Positions 24,068 to 37,757 are shown, numbered from the whole stretch's first letter. The stretch is DNA of 63,309 bases, filler included, from Globobulimina sp. (GCA_003354225.1; 42 parts of 42 records of this genome joined end to end with filler, not necessarily neighbours in it); one strand, 5' to 3'. The notes: generated from the sequence alone by a model not told the origin. Numbers and translations are program-made.

Positions 24068-24374
24068 NNNNNNNNNNNNNNNNNNNNNNNNNNNNNNNNN
24101 NNNNNNNNNNNTTAATTAATTAANNNNNNNNNNNNNNNNNNNNNNNNNNNNNNNNNNNNNNNNNNNNTCTTTTGTGTTTTGACAATTGCAAATATTTGAG
24201 TACTAGTGACTAGTCCGAACATGTTTGAAAACAATGAAAATAAATAATTGTCTCACCAACAATCTGTGAGTATGGAGCCTGACATTGACTATAATTAATC
24301 CGCTACGTACATGCTGTTTACAAACAATACATAAACTTTTTATGAATAAAAACACATCAAATAAATAAAATTCA

Positions 24375-25327
24375 TTACAGACGTTCATATTGAGGATGGT
24401 AATGGTTGTGATTGATAACAATATGTCTATCAGACTCAGTGAATGGATATGCAGCGCCATGGAGGCTTACACTCAATTTTGAATTCTTTTTACTTTTACA
24501 TAAACACCAACACTTATATTGATATATTAATCCTGATAAACATAATGCGGTCCAAATGCCAAAAGATATATAACATTGATACTGACACTGACTCTCCAAA
24601 TCCTTAATATCTTCATTGCTTTCATGGTCAAAATAGTCGATTATATTCATTATATTTGCATCGTTTTCAGCCACATATTTCTATATGTTTTTGTTTAAAG
24701 ACATTGTAACTTGTAATCCTTTGCGAAAATGCGATATCTACACTTAACTGAAACAAAATATGCAACACCAGAAGTCACCATAAATGAGCCTATAAATGCA
24801 GTTAAACCTCTTAATACAATATCTACCAATTTAAAAGCCAAAAATCCGCAAATCATTGAAACTACAATGATTGTGACAGTATTATAAATCTCCGCATGTT
24901 CCATTAACAATGGCAACGAATCTGCGAAATTAGAAACAACAAATTGCCATACAAATTGAGCAATAATTAAACCAACAATAGCACCCGTTGTAAATACTGC
25001 CATTTTATACACCAAAACACAAATAAATCCTAAAAATATACCAACTCCGCAAGATAACATTAAATGAATTCTTAAGGATGGGTCAATATCAATATTATTC
25101 ATGATGAAATATGTAAATAATGTGCCAGCAACAAATCCAATCAAAAAAATGATCTGTTTAAACAATTTGGCACCTACACATATTCATTCATGTGATAAAA
25201 TACTAATTTCATGTTTTTATATACACATAAACAAACCCCAAAATGTGATAAGACACCCTCCCAATACTAACACTCCTGCCAGCACGATTTGATTTACGCG
25301 TTCAATTTGCTGTAAGGTTACTGACAT
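24375..25327 (-). CDS. TMEM198/DUF4203-like polytopic membrane protein, three exons
   Basis: MSVTLQ...LITFWG|AKLFKQIIFLIGF; TAFIGSFMVTSGVAYF; LSGLIYQY; two short introns. Confidence 0.7.
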
Positions 25328-26012
25328 GGTTAAAAATAATGTCTTTTTTTTGTGTGAAAAATCTTAATTTGTACTAAACTCAAACAATCCTCGCGCAAAC
25401 GTAACTAATTGTTGACGTACCAAGACGATGCCTAGCCAGGTATGAAATGTAATGTATCGCCCTGCGTTGACTTGCAAGCAACAGTGTGATTATTGCACTA
25501 CAGCAACAATTAGAAAAAGCAGAACAAGAAAGGAAGGATTTAGAACGAGAGCTCCAACTTCTAGAAAATGCAGCAGANNNNNNNNNNNNNNNNNNNNNNN
25601 NNNNNNNNNNNNNNNNNNNNNTTAATTAATTAANNNNNNNNNNNNNNNNNNNNNNNNNNNNNNNNNNNNNNNNNNNNGAATGGATGCTTATTATTTATTA
25701 TTTTGCATTACAATCAAATAATTCGTATTTTCATCAAACAAACTGACAATTCACTATAATGTCGACAGAAATAGACAAAACTGATCCTTCTAACTTTACA
25801 TTGAATTGAATTAAGTAATCATAAATGTGAACCAATGATAAATATTGTTTTTTCTACTTCAGTCTCGTCTCCAAAAAAACGTAAAATACAAAAACGAAGG
25901 AGCTGTTTAGGGCAAAAACAATCGTTTTCATTGTTTTTAGCGATTCTATAAAAGAAAAAGGATAATAAGAATAACGATAAATACTATACAATGACATCCA
26001 GTATTTTAGGCT

Positions 26013-27005
26013 TCAAAACATATGATATCCTTCCAACTCTGATGGTTGATTTATTGTTGAATCAACTTTCCGTGTAATACATTTTAAACAACACTTATAG
26101 CAGCCACTGTGAATATAATTACACATATTATAATAGAGTGATGAGCCAAAGCTAAAGTTTAAATAAACCATAGTAAGAATGACAGTATTTTCAATTGATC
26201 TCAATCCATAGGTAGTTTCAAAGGCGATTCCTGCAGTGTAGCTCGACTCATTTACAACAAAATGATCAATCAGAGTTTTAATAAAAAATGTGCTGTTAAA
26301 AAGAATAATTACCGTTCCTAAAATAGTCTGTTTAGTAATCAACGTAATCATTCTATTTTGCGCACCATTCAAATTTACGGATTTTTTACCGTGTCTTAGC
26401 ATGACATCCATCAAAACATCATCGGCTCTCATGCTGTTTGATAACAACTGTTGCAATTTATACACAAATAAAATCAAAATGGAAGAATCAATCATTGCAT
26501 CAGTAATAATTAATGAAAATAGATATTTCTCGGACTTTTCATAAAATTCTAAAGCTGGACATGTTGAAACGGTGTAAAGATATCCTATCATACTCACTGT
26601 TAAAATAAACAGTAACATTAATATGAAAATTATATAATATTTTGATACGGAATATGCAGTGGACTGAAATGTGGCATATGGCTTTGCTAAAACATAAATG
26701 TATAGAGATAATGAGGCAATATAATAGAATACATCTGCAACGATTATTATTTGGAACAAATGCGCAGTATCCGATGATGGAATATTATTTGTATATGCTT
26801 GAATCATATGGATTAAATCTCCGATACTTGACAATAAACAACATGATAAACACAATGTGGATGATAGTTTATAAAACCACGATATTTTGTTGGAATTGCG
26901 ACGTAATTGAACCATAAAGCAAGTATAAATAAGTAACATAGCTGCGATAAAAACACTGATCCATACAATCACAATTTTTGGACCTAACTGTACAGACTTT
27001 GACAT
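26013..27005 (-). CDS. Orphan 7TM (GPCR-like) protein
   Basis: About seven hydrophobic segments; ILILFVYKL; Cys-rich tail YYNMCNYIHSGCYKCC. Confidence 0.7.
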   Translation of the reverse strand: MSKSVQLGPKIVIVWISVFIAAMLLIYTCFMVQLRRNSNKISWFYKLSSTLCLSCCLLSSIGDLIHMIQAYTNNIPSSDTAHLFQIIIVADVFYYIASLSLYIYVLAKPYATFQSTAYSVSKYYIIFILMLLFILTVSMIGYLYTVSTCPALEFYEKSEKYLFSLIITDAMIDSSILILFVYKLQQLLSNSMRADDVLMDVMLRHGKKSVNLNGAQNRMITLITKQTILGTVIILFNSTFFIKTLIDHFVVNESSYTAGIAFETTYGLRSIENTVILTMVYLNFSFGSSLYYNMCNYIHSGCYKCCLKCITRKVDSTINQPSELEGYHMF

Positions 27006-27187
27006 TGATGTTTTGAGCGGTTTTTACTTCACACGAAATTTTTAGTGCAAGGAGATATATTTAATCATCATCAATGGCACCCAATTCNNNNNNNNNNNNN
27101 NNNNNNNNNNNNNNNNNNNNNNNNNNNNNNNTTAATTAATTAANNNNNNNNNNNNNNNNNNNNNNNNNNNNNNNNNNNNNNNNNNNN

Positions 27188-28597
27188 CAAATCCTCATTG
27201 ATTCCTTCATTTGTGTTATGGTGATGGTGATGATGAATAACATGTACATTACGAGCTTTAGGATTAATATTTGCATGTTTTCTATGATGAACTTTAGGAT
27301 GAATATTATTTTGATGAACCTTATGATGGATATTCGGATGAACATTATGATGGATATTACGATGGACATTATTACGATGAATATTCGGATGAATATTACG
27401 AGTTTGATGAAGATTATTATGATGGATATTATGATGGATATTCGGATGAATATTACTAGTTTGATGGATGTTATTATGATGAGCATTGTGATGAATATTA
27501 GGATGAGCATTAGGATGGATATTTGGATGAATATTATGAATTTGATGTGTAACTTTTCCATATCCCTTATTCCAGCGTTGTTTATGCTGTCTATTATATC
27601 CATTTGCATTATGTCCAAATTGTTGATTTCTTCTACCAGTATTCTGATAATGTGTATTCCTAAATTGATTTCCACCATGTCGTGGTTGATGAAATCCATT
27701 GTATTTATTAGCTCTGTTAAACTTATTAAATCTATTTCTTTTTTGATGGGGTCCATACTGATTGCCATTATATCTTCTCCCATGTCCCACATTTCCGCGT
27801 TTAATATTCCTATGTCCAAAATTGCCATGTTTAGTATTTCTATGTCGAACATTACCATGTTGAATATTTCTCTTTTGAATATTATTAGAATGAATATTTC
27901 CATTTTGATTAATCTTTTTCCTGCCAAACGGTTTACGTCGTGGCAATTTTGTTTGTGGTAATTGTGTTTGTGGTAGTTTTGTTTGTGGTAATTTTGTTTG
28001 AGTATGGATACCTTGCCCATTATTATTATGTTGTGTTTTATGTGTTGGTGAGACAGGCACTTCATTAGTACTCCCACTTTGAGTTCCCGTTCCCGTTCCC
28101 GTTCCAGTTCCAGTTCCAGTCGCTGTTGTAGTTCCAGTTCCTGTTCCTGTTCCTGCTCCACCTTCACCCTCATAGTTATAATCATAATTAGCCTCCGGTT
28201 CCGCTGGTAATGCTCTACAACATTTACCGCGATAATGTTTATTCAGCGGAGATAAAATACCTTTCAATTTCAAACAGCCCAAAGTTTTTTTCTTGACTAA
28301 ATCAATTTTTTTAATTAATTTCTCACCAAAAATTAACCTCCTCCTTTGCATCCGCCTTCTCCCCGGTTTTAAAATATTTGTAATCATTCCGCCCAACCCT
28401 CCCATTTCAAGGCTTACCCCGCGATAAATATTCAAAAACACTGCAATCGTAAATGACACTTTCAAATGCTTCGACACTTTGCACATATCAGCATCTTTTG
28501 TCTGGCCACATACAGTACCATCCATTTCCGGTATCGTTATCCTAAAAGGTATCACCAATTCGAATCGCACGTAAACATTTATAATTTCATACAATCT
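27188..28597 (-). CDS. Low-complexity protein with (GT)n, QTKLP, Arg/Asn/Gly-rich and HPNIHHN His-rich repeats, partial
   Basis: Open over the whole contig; globular Cys-containing N-part then repeat blocks. Confidence 0.7.
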
Positions 28598-28697
28598 NNN
28601 NNNNNNNNNNNNNNNNNNNNNNNNNNNNNNNNNNNNNNNNNTTAATTAATTAANNNNNNNNNNNNNNNNNNNNNNNNNNNNNNNNNNNNNNNNNNNN

Positions 28698-30025
28698 TTC
28701 TATCGTTTATGACATATTTTGCGTGTTTATATTTTATGCGGAAAACACATCAAAGTTGGAAGTATGATGAGAATGAGAATGCGAATGTGAATGAGAATGA
28801 TAGAGCGGATAGAATAACACCAAAAAATACAATGACTCACTGTGAATTAAATAAAATACATACATTGGAATTGGACAGATTTGCAAAAAAAAGAATAATG
28901 GATTCATTTAATGATGAATGTTGTTGTTGTATTTTATGTAATGGCAAATTATTTATTGATGGAAATCTTGATTTTTTATGGTTAATGAATTCGAATAAAA
29001 GACATTCAATGAATAACTATGACCACATACAAAGCATTGTGATTAATAAACATAGAAAACAGCAAATATGTCGAAGATTATGTGTCATATTATTTGCTAT
29101 AATATTTATTGCATTTGGTATATTTGTCGCATTTTATGTGTTTCACCATTTTATCAATGCAATGCATATTTGTAATAATGCGTATTGTCAATATAAAGTA
29201 TATCCATTTATTGTGGCAGGTGATGAATATATTTGTGAATGTAGAATATTGAGATTATATGATGTTAATGATAACGATATCGATGTGAATAAAATATTTA
29301 CAAATTTTAAAATGTTAGAAGCAGTGCAAATTGATTTGAGCCAAATGAGTAATTTAACTTATTTAAGGCACATTAGTTTGAATATTAATATAAATTCCGA
29401 GCTATTGAGAATTATTGATTTTGAGAGTGTTGCTGTTGATGATATTTATGAAAATATAGCTGAGCTGCTACCAAATCTACAATATGTGAGACTTTATAAC
29501 ACTAAAATTGCTCAAATGAGTGCAAGTATGTTTGGTTTGAATGGAATACAATTTATAGATTTTGGATCTAATGAGATTCAACACATTGATTGTTTGGATC
29601 TAATGAGCTCAAAACTACAATATTTAACACCATCAAATAATCCAATAAATTATACATTTGAGTGCATTGATAACTTATTTTCGAATCCAAATGTATTATA
29701 TGTTAATTTATTTGGTAATAATATTGATATTCACTCATTTCCTCAAAAACAACAGCTAATTTATAATGAGAAAACAGTATATTATCTGCAAAATAATCCA
29801 ATTTGTAACAAATTCGAAGAATCAGCACAAAAAATTAAGGACTATTCATATAATTTGTATTCATTTTTATCGGATTCGAATGGATGTCTGACGAATAATT
29901 ATTGCAATTTCCCAAATGTTACTGATTTGAATAATTTGTGTGTTCCTAATTTATGGAATAACAATATTTGTGATCAACAATGCAATTCATCCATATGTTT
30001 TTTTGATGCTTATGATTGTCAGTAA
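28698..30025 (+). CDS. Transmembrane LRR protein with C-terminal LNR (Notch-like) repeat, 5' partial
   Basis: TM; LxxLxLxxN-like repeats; CVPNLWNNNICDQQCNSSICFFDAYDC. Confidence 0.8.
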
Positions 30026-30207
30026 CAATAATGTTTCTTTTTTTTGTATTTTGTTTTATAATAAATTTTTTTCCACTGTAATGTTCTCTGTGGTTTTCTA
30101 GTTAGTTNNNNNNNNNNNNNNNNNNNNNNNNNNNNNNNNNNNNNNNNNNNNTTAATTAATTAANNNNNNNNNNNNNNNNNNNNNNNNNNNNNNNNNNNNN
30201 NNNNNNN

Positions 30208-30594
30208 GGTTCCGATTCTTTTACCTTTGTTGTTTTGTGCGATTGGTTTGTTTGCAAAATCCCATCGGACAATGTTGGTAATAATGCACGATTTGTTATG
30301 CCGCACAGTCAATGTATGTAATAAATTGGTGATTGTGGATGACGCGGTTTTATGGGTTTTAATAAATATCATTGAATTCGGGTTGTTTCTCAATAATGGG
30401 ACTGGCACAGTAATATAATCTGTTTCGTTAAGCAATGTTAAAGCATTTTTTTGAATGTGCAATTCATAGTTGTTGCCGTTAATTGTCATATAAATAAATA
30501 TAAAAGCTGCAGTGAACAATATGCTATAATGAATAATCTTAATTAAATACTTAATTCGCATGCGCAATTTGGATTGTGATCGATATAGAGTCAT
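30208..30594 (-). CDS. Galactose-3-O-sulfotransferase-like, N-terminal part
   Basis: Type II TM anchor and PAPS motif FIKTHKTASST. Confidence 0.8.
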
Positions 30595-30681
30595 TATTAT
30601 CGTTGGACAAAAAGATTTATTTAAATCTAAGTGAAAATTTAAAGACTAAAAACATCATGAAAAAATTCAAAAAAAGGTAAA

Positions 30682-31617
30682 TTACCACCAGCAAACATCA
30701 AAACAAACATTTATTTGTTGAACAAATCCCTGACATATTATATTGAATGATTGACATTCTCCAACAGCTAACCATTGGGCATCAGCAATATCACAATCCG
30801 TGAGCCCTCCTTCTGGCATCGTCAAATATGGCTCACCATAATCTGTGCTTTCTTGAATATAAAATTGAATGTTATGCTCATTTGTGGTATATACTGGATA
30901 TTCCTCCCAATTATCCAATGCAGCCAAACAATTATCATCTACAGACGAAACAGGTCGGGATACTCCTCCATTAAATGCAAAAACGAGCCCATATACACAT
31001 GCAACAAATAGTAATAAGCAAACCAATAAGGATACTATTCTCACATTACAATGACAGCCATTTTTACATAGTTTATCATCCGAATCATTTTTATTCTTAC
31101 TCAAAATAAGCACAACTACAAAATCAATGCATGAAATGGCCCATGCCGTTATTGTAACGGGTGATGGATATATACCAATTTTAGTACCTGACATAATTAG
31201 AGAAGCAAGCAATGTGCAAAATATAGCAAATATTGCATGCTTCTCAAATAATTTGTGCATTATAAATATATAATTTAATACCTGCTATGATAAAGTACGT
31301 TGTGTAAACAATGAGACCGGGTAAATCATGAAAAACTATTTTCAATTTATCAACATTTGATTCTAATGATTCTTTGGTATATTCAGACTGTGTATGCCCA
31401 TATATACTCTCATCGTCTTTATACGTACCATCTGCTGCTTTATTATCAGCATTTTTGATAATGAAAAAATATAAATATAAATTTTTGAATATCGTAACTA
31501 ATCCACCAATCACTGCAGCAATGCTCAGTGTAATGCCAAATCCCGGATTATGAGAATAAGCACAAGCTGTTACCCCACAACCAGTTGTTTTCAAAAATGA
31601 AATTGCTGCAAAAATAT
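30682..31617 (-). CDS. Multi-pass membrane protein with a frame break near 31250
   Basis: Two overlapping hydrophobic ORFs (31244-31594, 30682-31260). Confidence 0.45.
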
Positions 31618-33227
31618 NNNNNNNNNNNNNNNNNNNNNNNNNNNNNNNNNNNNNNNNNNNNTTAATTAATTAANNNNNNNNNNNNNNNNNNNNNNNNNNN
31701 NNNNNNNNNNNNNNNNNCCCACTTCGATTGCTGCTGTTAATGCGATATGGCGGCGCATGGATTGATGCCATAAATTTGAAATCTTCTTTGTTTGCTGAGT
31801 ATGGCAAATTGTCATTTTCAAATGTCCCAAATAGTGCCGGCGTCCGCCTTATACGCCGCCAACAGGTTTCAATCAAAAATTTCAATAATCAATATCAGAA
31901 TTGCCATGGCATCCATCGTATGATGAATATCGTATCATTCCAAAACAAGTCCACTTTCAAAATAAACTGCGTATTCATTTTAACCAATCGGATCTATTCA
32001 TTTTAATTCGACGTGCTTTGTGAGCTGTCATGATAAAGATGAGAAAAACTACCGAACTGAACAAGCTTAAAAAAAAACTTAACTTAATTCATCATTTGAA
32101 TAACTTTTTTTGCCTGTTTTTTCTTTTGCAATTTTTATGGGGGGATTTGACATTAAAATATATGCGAATATGCGCGCGCATTTGCACTGTACAATGCGAT
32201 ATTCTTGAATACAATTTATCCGATTCTTAATATAATTAATTGATGCGCATCAAATTCCCAACTATACTTTTTCGATCTGTATATTTTGAAATTCCAAAAA
32301 TTAATATTAGTTTGGTTAATTAAATTGTTTTGCACATACACCTGAGATAGAACAAATAGAGCATCAAATGACGAACCAAAAAGTACCCATTCGCTATATC
32401 CACAACATAGGCAACGGTGAGCTCTTAATCATTGTTTTTTACGAACCTATTTTCAGAGTTGACCAATGGACGTATTAGATCGCGACAGACGGGTCAACAA
32501 CGTTGCTTCATGTATAGCGGGCACTTTTTAGACAAAATCTGATGAACATTTGAGAGATGCAGCAAACAACAAGAAGAATAAAAAAATAGTAAAGTTACAT
32601 TTTCGTTGCAAGCAATGTCAGCTGCTACAAAAAAAAAATACAATTTAGTACAATTCCTGGTAAATAATACGAATATGATGATGATTTTAATATGGACAAA
32701 ATAAATTATTACGATTATATAATGGAAAATATAATATATACAACAGAGTCACCAACCAGCCCGCAAATACCAGCCAGTCACAACATATTCCTACCCCCAC
32801 CCTGCCAACACCCTGCCACCTCCATGCAACCACCCTGCCACTACCCGCCAAACACGCAGCCAGCCAGCAGCCTGTATCAAAGGATTGTGATAACATTTAT
32901 GCAATGATGCTATTATGAATGGATACTGTGTAAAATGTCCAAATATTTTGAAACAAAATGACAAAGTTATTATAAATTGTAATGCTAAAAATATAAATAT
33001 AAAAATGATTAAAAAAATGGAAAAGAATTTGGTGATCATGAAATATGAAAGTATATTAAATAGAATAGAATAATGAATAAGGCACTGTTGTGTGTGGATG
33101 GTATTGTGTATGAATAATAAAAATGTANNNNNNNNNNNNNNNNNNNNNNNNNNNNNNNNNNNNNNNNNNNNTTAATTAATTAANNNNNNNNNNNNNNNNN
33201 NNNNNNNNNNNNNNNNNNNNNNNNNNN

Positions 33228-34637
33228 CAATCCATTTATCCTTGGCCTCACACTGCAGAGAGTATATATTGTATTATAGTATCAGCATCCATTCCTAGCA
33301 GAGATATTTTATGCATTCATTTGTAGATTGAGCATTGCAATGATCATCAGATACTCTTGATAGGAATGGATGCTGATACTATACACATCAGTTTCAGAAT
33401 CAAAAAAAATGACAATTTTCGTAAAATTTTAATTGTCTCATTGCTCTTGAAATATTTAATTGTTTTAAAAATTTTCAAGTTTCAACGATATCTATATTGA
33501 TTGTAGAATGTATTTGTGCTGGTTAAAAGCTGACTAAACAGTTTTAAAAAAGTAATGATAATTTTAGCTACATCGAATTCGAGTGCTACATCGAAACTTT
33601 CCTAGTCAGACAATGGCTCCATGGAAGGGCAAGACATCACCAAATGAACCATCATCCATCTCTAAGATGACAACATTCCAACAACAATCAATTGCAGCCA
33701 CAGAATCCATACACAAACGTGTCAGCAGTCGATAACGTCATAACAAAGCGACAGACATTCAGGAGAAGAGAGGCAAACATATTATATTCGAAGACCAAAG
33801 ACAAAAGAATGAGGAAAGGAAACGAAAAGGAAAGAAAAGAAAACTAAACAGCAAAGAAGAAAAGAAATGGAATAATTATAGAAAGGCCATGGCACTGTTG
33901 AGAGGAGAAGCCATGAAGCAGGAACGACAGCGTCGAAGAGAGGGCAGGAATGGCACGACGACGAGGAAGGAATCAGAGCAAAGAAGAAATGAAATAGAAA
34001 GGCAAAAGGAAGGGAATGCCAAACACGAAAGGAGAAAAGATGAATAAAGGAAAAAGGGAAACGACAACCATTTTATGTTGATTTAACTTTTAATTTATTG
34101 TTTGATTTGCGTTTGTTTGATCTTGTGTTTCATGTGTGCAAACCACATTATATTGTGCAAGGATATTAGTTCTGCGAAGTGCAAGGACAGTATCTTGACC
34201 AAAAAAAAATTCGATGTAGCACTAGTCAAAATGGTCAAATTCGATGTAGGCAGTTTGATATGAAGGAGGTGTCAGAGAGATTTATAAGTCACATTTTTGG
34301 AATCTACGCAAAATTTTACATCATATATAGTGAAACCAAGTTGTTTTGTGGTTTTCCTCATTTTCATCATTTTTCAAAAATGTTGACCCTGAAACTGATG
34401 TGTAATACAATATATACTCAACATCCATTCCTAGCAGAGAGTATCTGATGATCATTGCAATGCTCAATCTACAAATGAATGCATAAAATATCTCTGCTAG
34501 GAATGGATGCTGATACTATAATACAATATACTCAACATCCATTCCTAGCAGAAAGAGATATTTATACACTCATTCATAGATTGAGCATTACAACGATCAT
34601 CAGATACTCTCTGCAACTCAGTCGCAGACCCTCTTTA
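33228..34637. repeat. Mirror-symmetric contig of palindromic repeat units (TIR/foldback-like element)
   Basis: 33265-33357 is the reverse complement of 34438-34530; 33382-33397 pairs with 34389-34404; GCTACATCGAA vs TTCGATGTAGC further in. Confidence 0.8.
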
Positions 34638-34737
34638 NNNNNNNNNNNNNNNNNNNNNNNNNNNNNNNNNNNNNNNNNNNNTTAATTAATTAANNNNNNN
34701 NNNNNNNNNNNNNNNNNNNNNNNNNNNNNNNNNNNNN

Positions 34738-35038
34738 CAAAGAAATGAAACAACAAATATCGAAGGTAACGGATATTGATAAAATGAATATTTCTTGGGA
34801 GCATAAAGAACATGCAGGAAATGAAAAATATATAGAATGTGTTGAAGAATATAAACAATCACTATCAGACTCAGCGGATATAATAATGGTAACACATGCT
34901 GATGTCATGAAAAATATCTACAAACAAAATATCAAGAATCCGAAACCAATGTCACCGGACAATTGTGGTTGGTATACAGTTACAAAAACAAGTGTTTTTG
35001 ATAAATATTCCCCAACATCGATATGGATTGTAACCTGA
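34738..35038 (+). CDS. Histidine phosphatase (PGM-like) C-terminal fragment
   Basis: DIIMVTHADVMK motif, then DNCGW. Confidence 0.55.
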
Positions 35039-35095
35039 ACTGCTGGCATTAATGTATACTTGTTTTTTATTTTAACGCACAAATCTAACTCAACA

Positions 35096-36147
35096 ATGTC
35101 AACTAACCTTCAAACGCTGCAAATATGTTTGCGAATACATAAGTTATTACATGACATTGAAGCAAATGTATTTCGAGAATGCTTGAACGAAATAATTGTA
35201 AAATTATTTGTTGGTTGCAGACAGATGTTATCTTTCATTGTACAATCCTCAAAAAGAAGTAATTTAACCATTATCCATAATATCATTAAACAAAAAAAAA
35301 TAGCAAATAAGAACAAAGATATTATCGATAAAGAAGAGGAAACAACGGACTCTTGCAATGAAGAAGATATTCCATTAAGCATACCGGCAACATTTGAAAC
35401 ACTGCCAAATGAATGTATTGATCATATTTGCCATTATTTGAGTAAAACAGATGTTGGGTGTTTTAAGCGACTATGTAGACAAATGGGCATTGTATGTTTG
35501 GAGCACATGACTAAGGTTACAGTCTCCACCATGGTTTATTACAGATTGAAGGAAAATGATTTTAACAAAAATATCAAAAATATGCAACAAAATCGGTACA
35601 CTGCGCGCACAAAATTTTATACCGTACAAGAAGAATGGCACAAAATATATGGAATTCCGGAAGAAAATCAGTTGATATTTCCAATTAACACAAATCCAGC
35701 TTCTGTTCGATGTTTATTCCCTACAATCACTGACATAAAAAAATGGAAATTATCCAAAGTTAAAAAATGTTCGTATTTAATTGTTGACAACAGAAACGTT
35801 GTTATTTTGAACGGATGTATGGTCAGAAAATTAGATCCTAAAATTGATAAATTCGATAAAATAAAGAGATACAGATTGATGATATTGGAATATTTTGATG
35901 TAATGAAGCAGTCATCAAACATTGTTCAATTTATTTTATACACTCCGACGGAAACCAAGTTCAGTGATATTAATAATTACATTCAATATAAGTATATTAG
36001 CACACACGTTGATGATTCGTGGTATCATAATTTTAGTGATATTTTTCGAAAAATGGATAGTTCTGATGAAAAATTAGTAATTTATGAGCAAACATCTAAA
36101 CCACCACAATATGTGAGAGATCTTGTCGGCTATGTTCGCGGTGATTT
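35096..36147 (+). CDS. F-box-like protein, 3' partial
   Basis: FETLPNECIDHICHYLSKTDVGCFKRLCRQMGIVC. Confidence 0.6.
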
Positions 36148-36608
36148 NNNNNNNNNNNNNNNNNNNNNNNNNNNNNNNNNNNNNNNNNNNNTTAATTAAT
36201 TAANNNNNNNNNNNNNNNNNNNNNNNNNNNNNNNNNNNNNNNNNNNNAGTCTGATTGAATGCCATGGCCATGTAATTGCGGGGAAGCGACAATTATTATT
36301 AGAGGTCCAATGTTGCTATTTTGGGAGACCACAATAAATAACAGTGGAGCATTCATAACCAGTACAATACTATACAGGATGTACTGGCATGGCATGGATT
36401 GGTGCACTTTAATGATATCACAAATACGAAATACGAAATTTTATTGCAAATTCTATCCACAAGGGATTCAGGCAATACTATATCATGCTACATATTATAC
36501 TGTATGAACAGAACAGTATTATTATAATTATAATTCTAAACATCATATCTATATTTAGACACTTATTATTATTGTTATTCTAATCTAATACATGTAATGC
36601 AATAGTCA

Positions 36609-36835
36609 CTATAGACTACTTCCGGCTTCCTCTAACAATTTGGTCTTTCTCCATTCCAGGGCTTTAAAACAAAAACGTGCTACTTTTACAATAATATCCC
36701 CTTCGGATATAAGTAAATATTGTAACTTCATCTGATTATTTAGGCTATTAAAGTTCGGACATTTAGAAATCACAAAATTAAATAAATCATTTCTGAGTTC
36801 TTCATACGCATTACAATGTATCATAAAATGTTTGC
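36609..36835 (-). mobile_element. LINE (CR1/L2-type) ORF2 C-terminal fragment
   Basis: HFMIHCNAYEELRNDLF...FNSLNNQMKLQYLL...VARFCFKAL. Confidence 0.65.
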
Positions 36836-36919
36836 AAATCATCAAATCTGAGGCATGCAAATTCAGTGTGCAATTAATTAATAAAACACGCGCACTGCAC
36901 ATTTACAAAAAGTAGACAA

Positions 36920-37421
36920 CTTAACGTAGAACGATTGATGATGGAATACACGAAAAGATAGCCATCTTTCTCCTTCATTTGTCCTTCTCGAAGGCCTTTG
37001 AAGTCCTCTTGACCCGCAGTATCAAGGATAGATACAACAATTTTATGTCCATCAACGTTCATAATTTTTTCACTAAATACAATTAAATTATTATTTTATT
37101 TTGGTTGTCATTAATTAATTAATTAATGTGAATACTTAACAATAAATCTTCAATGGTTGGATCATAGTCTCCGTCACTAAAAAAGGTATTATCAATAATT
37201 CTTTGTGTTATCGCGCTTTTACCGACAGCCCCTGGTCCAACAATTGCAATGGTTATTGGGATACGTAATATTTGACCGTGTGAATAAACGTTATCATGAA
37301 TGAATAATTTATCATTATCTCGCAATGCAACAATTCCAGCATTTGTTAATTTATCACCGGATTCTAAATAAATTTCCTTTCCTGTTTCTATGCCAAGCAA
37401 TTTATTTCCGAAAGATAACAA
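36920..37421 (-). CDS. Ras-family small GTPase with N-terminal extension, spliced, truncated
   Basis: GPGAVGKSA, YDPTIED, intron, ILDTAGQEDF, FVYSI; no NKxD before the junction. Confidence 0.85.
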
Positions 37422-37757
37422 ATCTATTATCTTTAATCCTGTTTCAGGTATCTCAATATCTCCGGACTATGTAGCAACGTTTTTAATCATAAACCCAAAT
37501 AGGAATAATTTGCGGCATACCTTATTATGTGATGTACTATGAGAATTATGAAACGTCAAATGCAACATCTTTGATCTTGTTTCTTGTGCCATTGATTTAG
37601 AAAGGAAATTGTTAAAATATTTTAAAAAAACGGTATAATTGCACGCGTCACATTTTTNNNNNNNNNNNNNNNNNNNNNNNNNNNNNNNNNNNNNNNNNNN
37701 NTTAATTAATTAANNNNNNNNNNNNNNNNNNNNNNNNNNNNNNNNNNNNNNNNNNNN

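Noticed and set aside
27136..28185. Three overlapping long ORFs (Met/Ile-rich) suggesting overprinting
   Set aside because: Alternative frames stay open because of the CAT/AAT/ATT repeat content; only the His/Asn frame spans the contig
32750..32875. C-rich CCCTGCCA repeats as G-quadruplex or telomere-like DNA
   Set aside because: Short, irregular and internal; no supporting context
34445..34470. CTGATGA in the palindromic repeat as a hammerhead core
   Set aside because: No GAAA box after the CATTGCAATG hairpin
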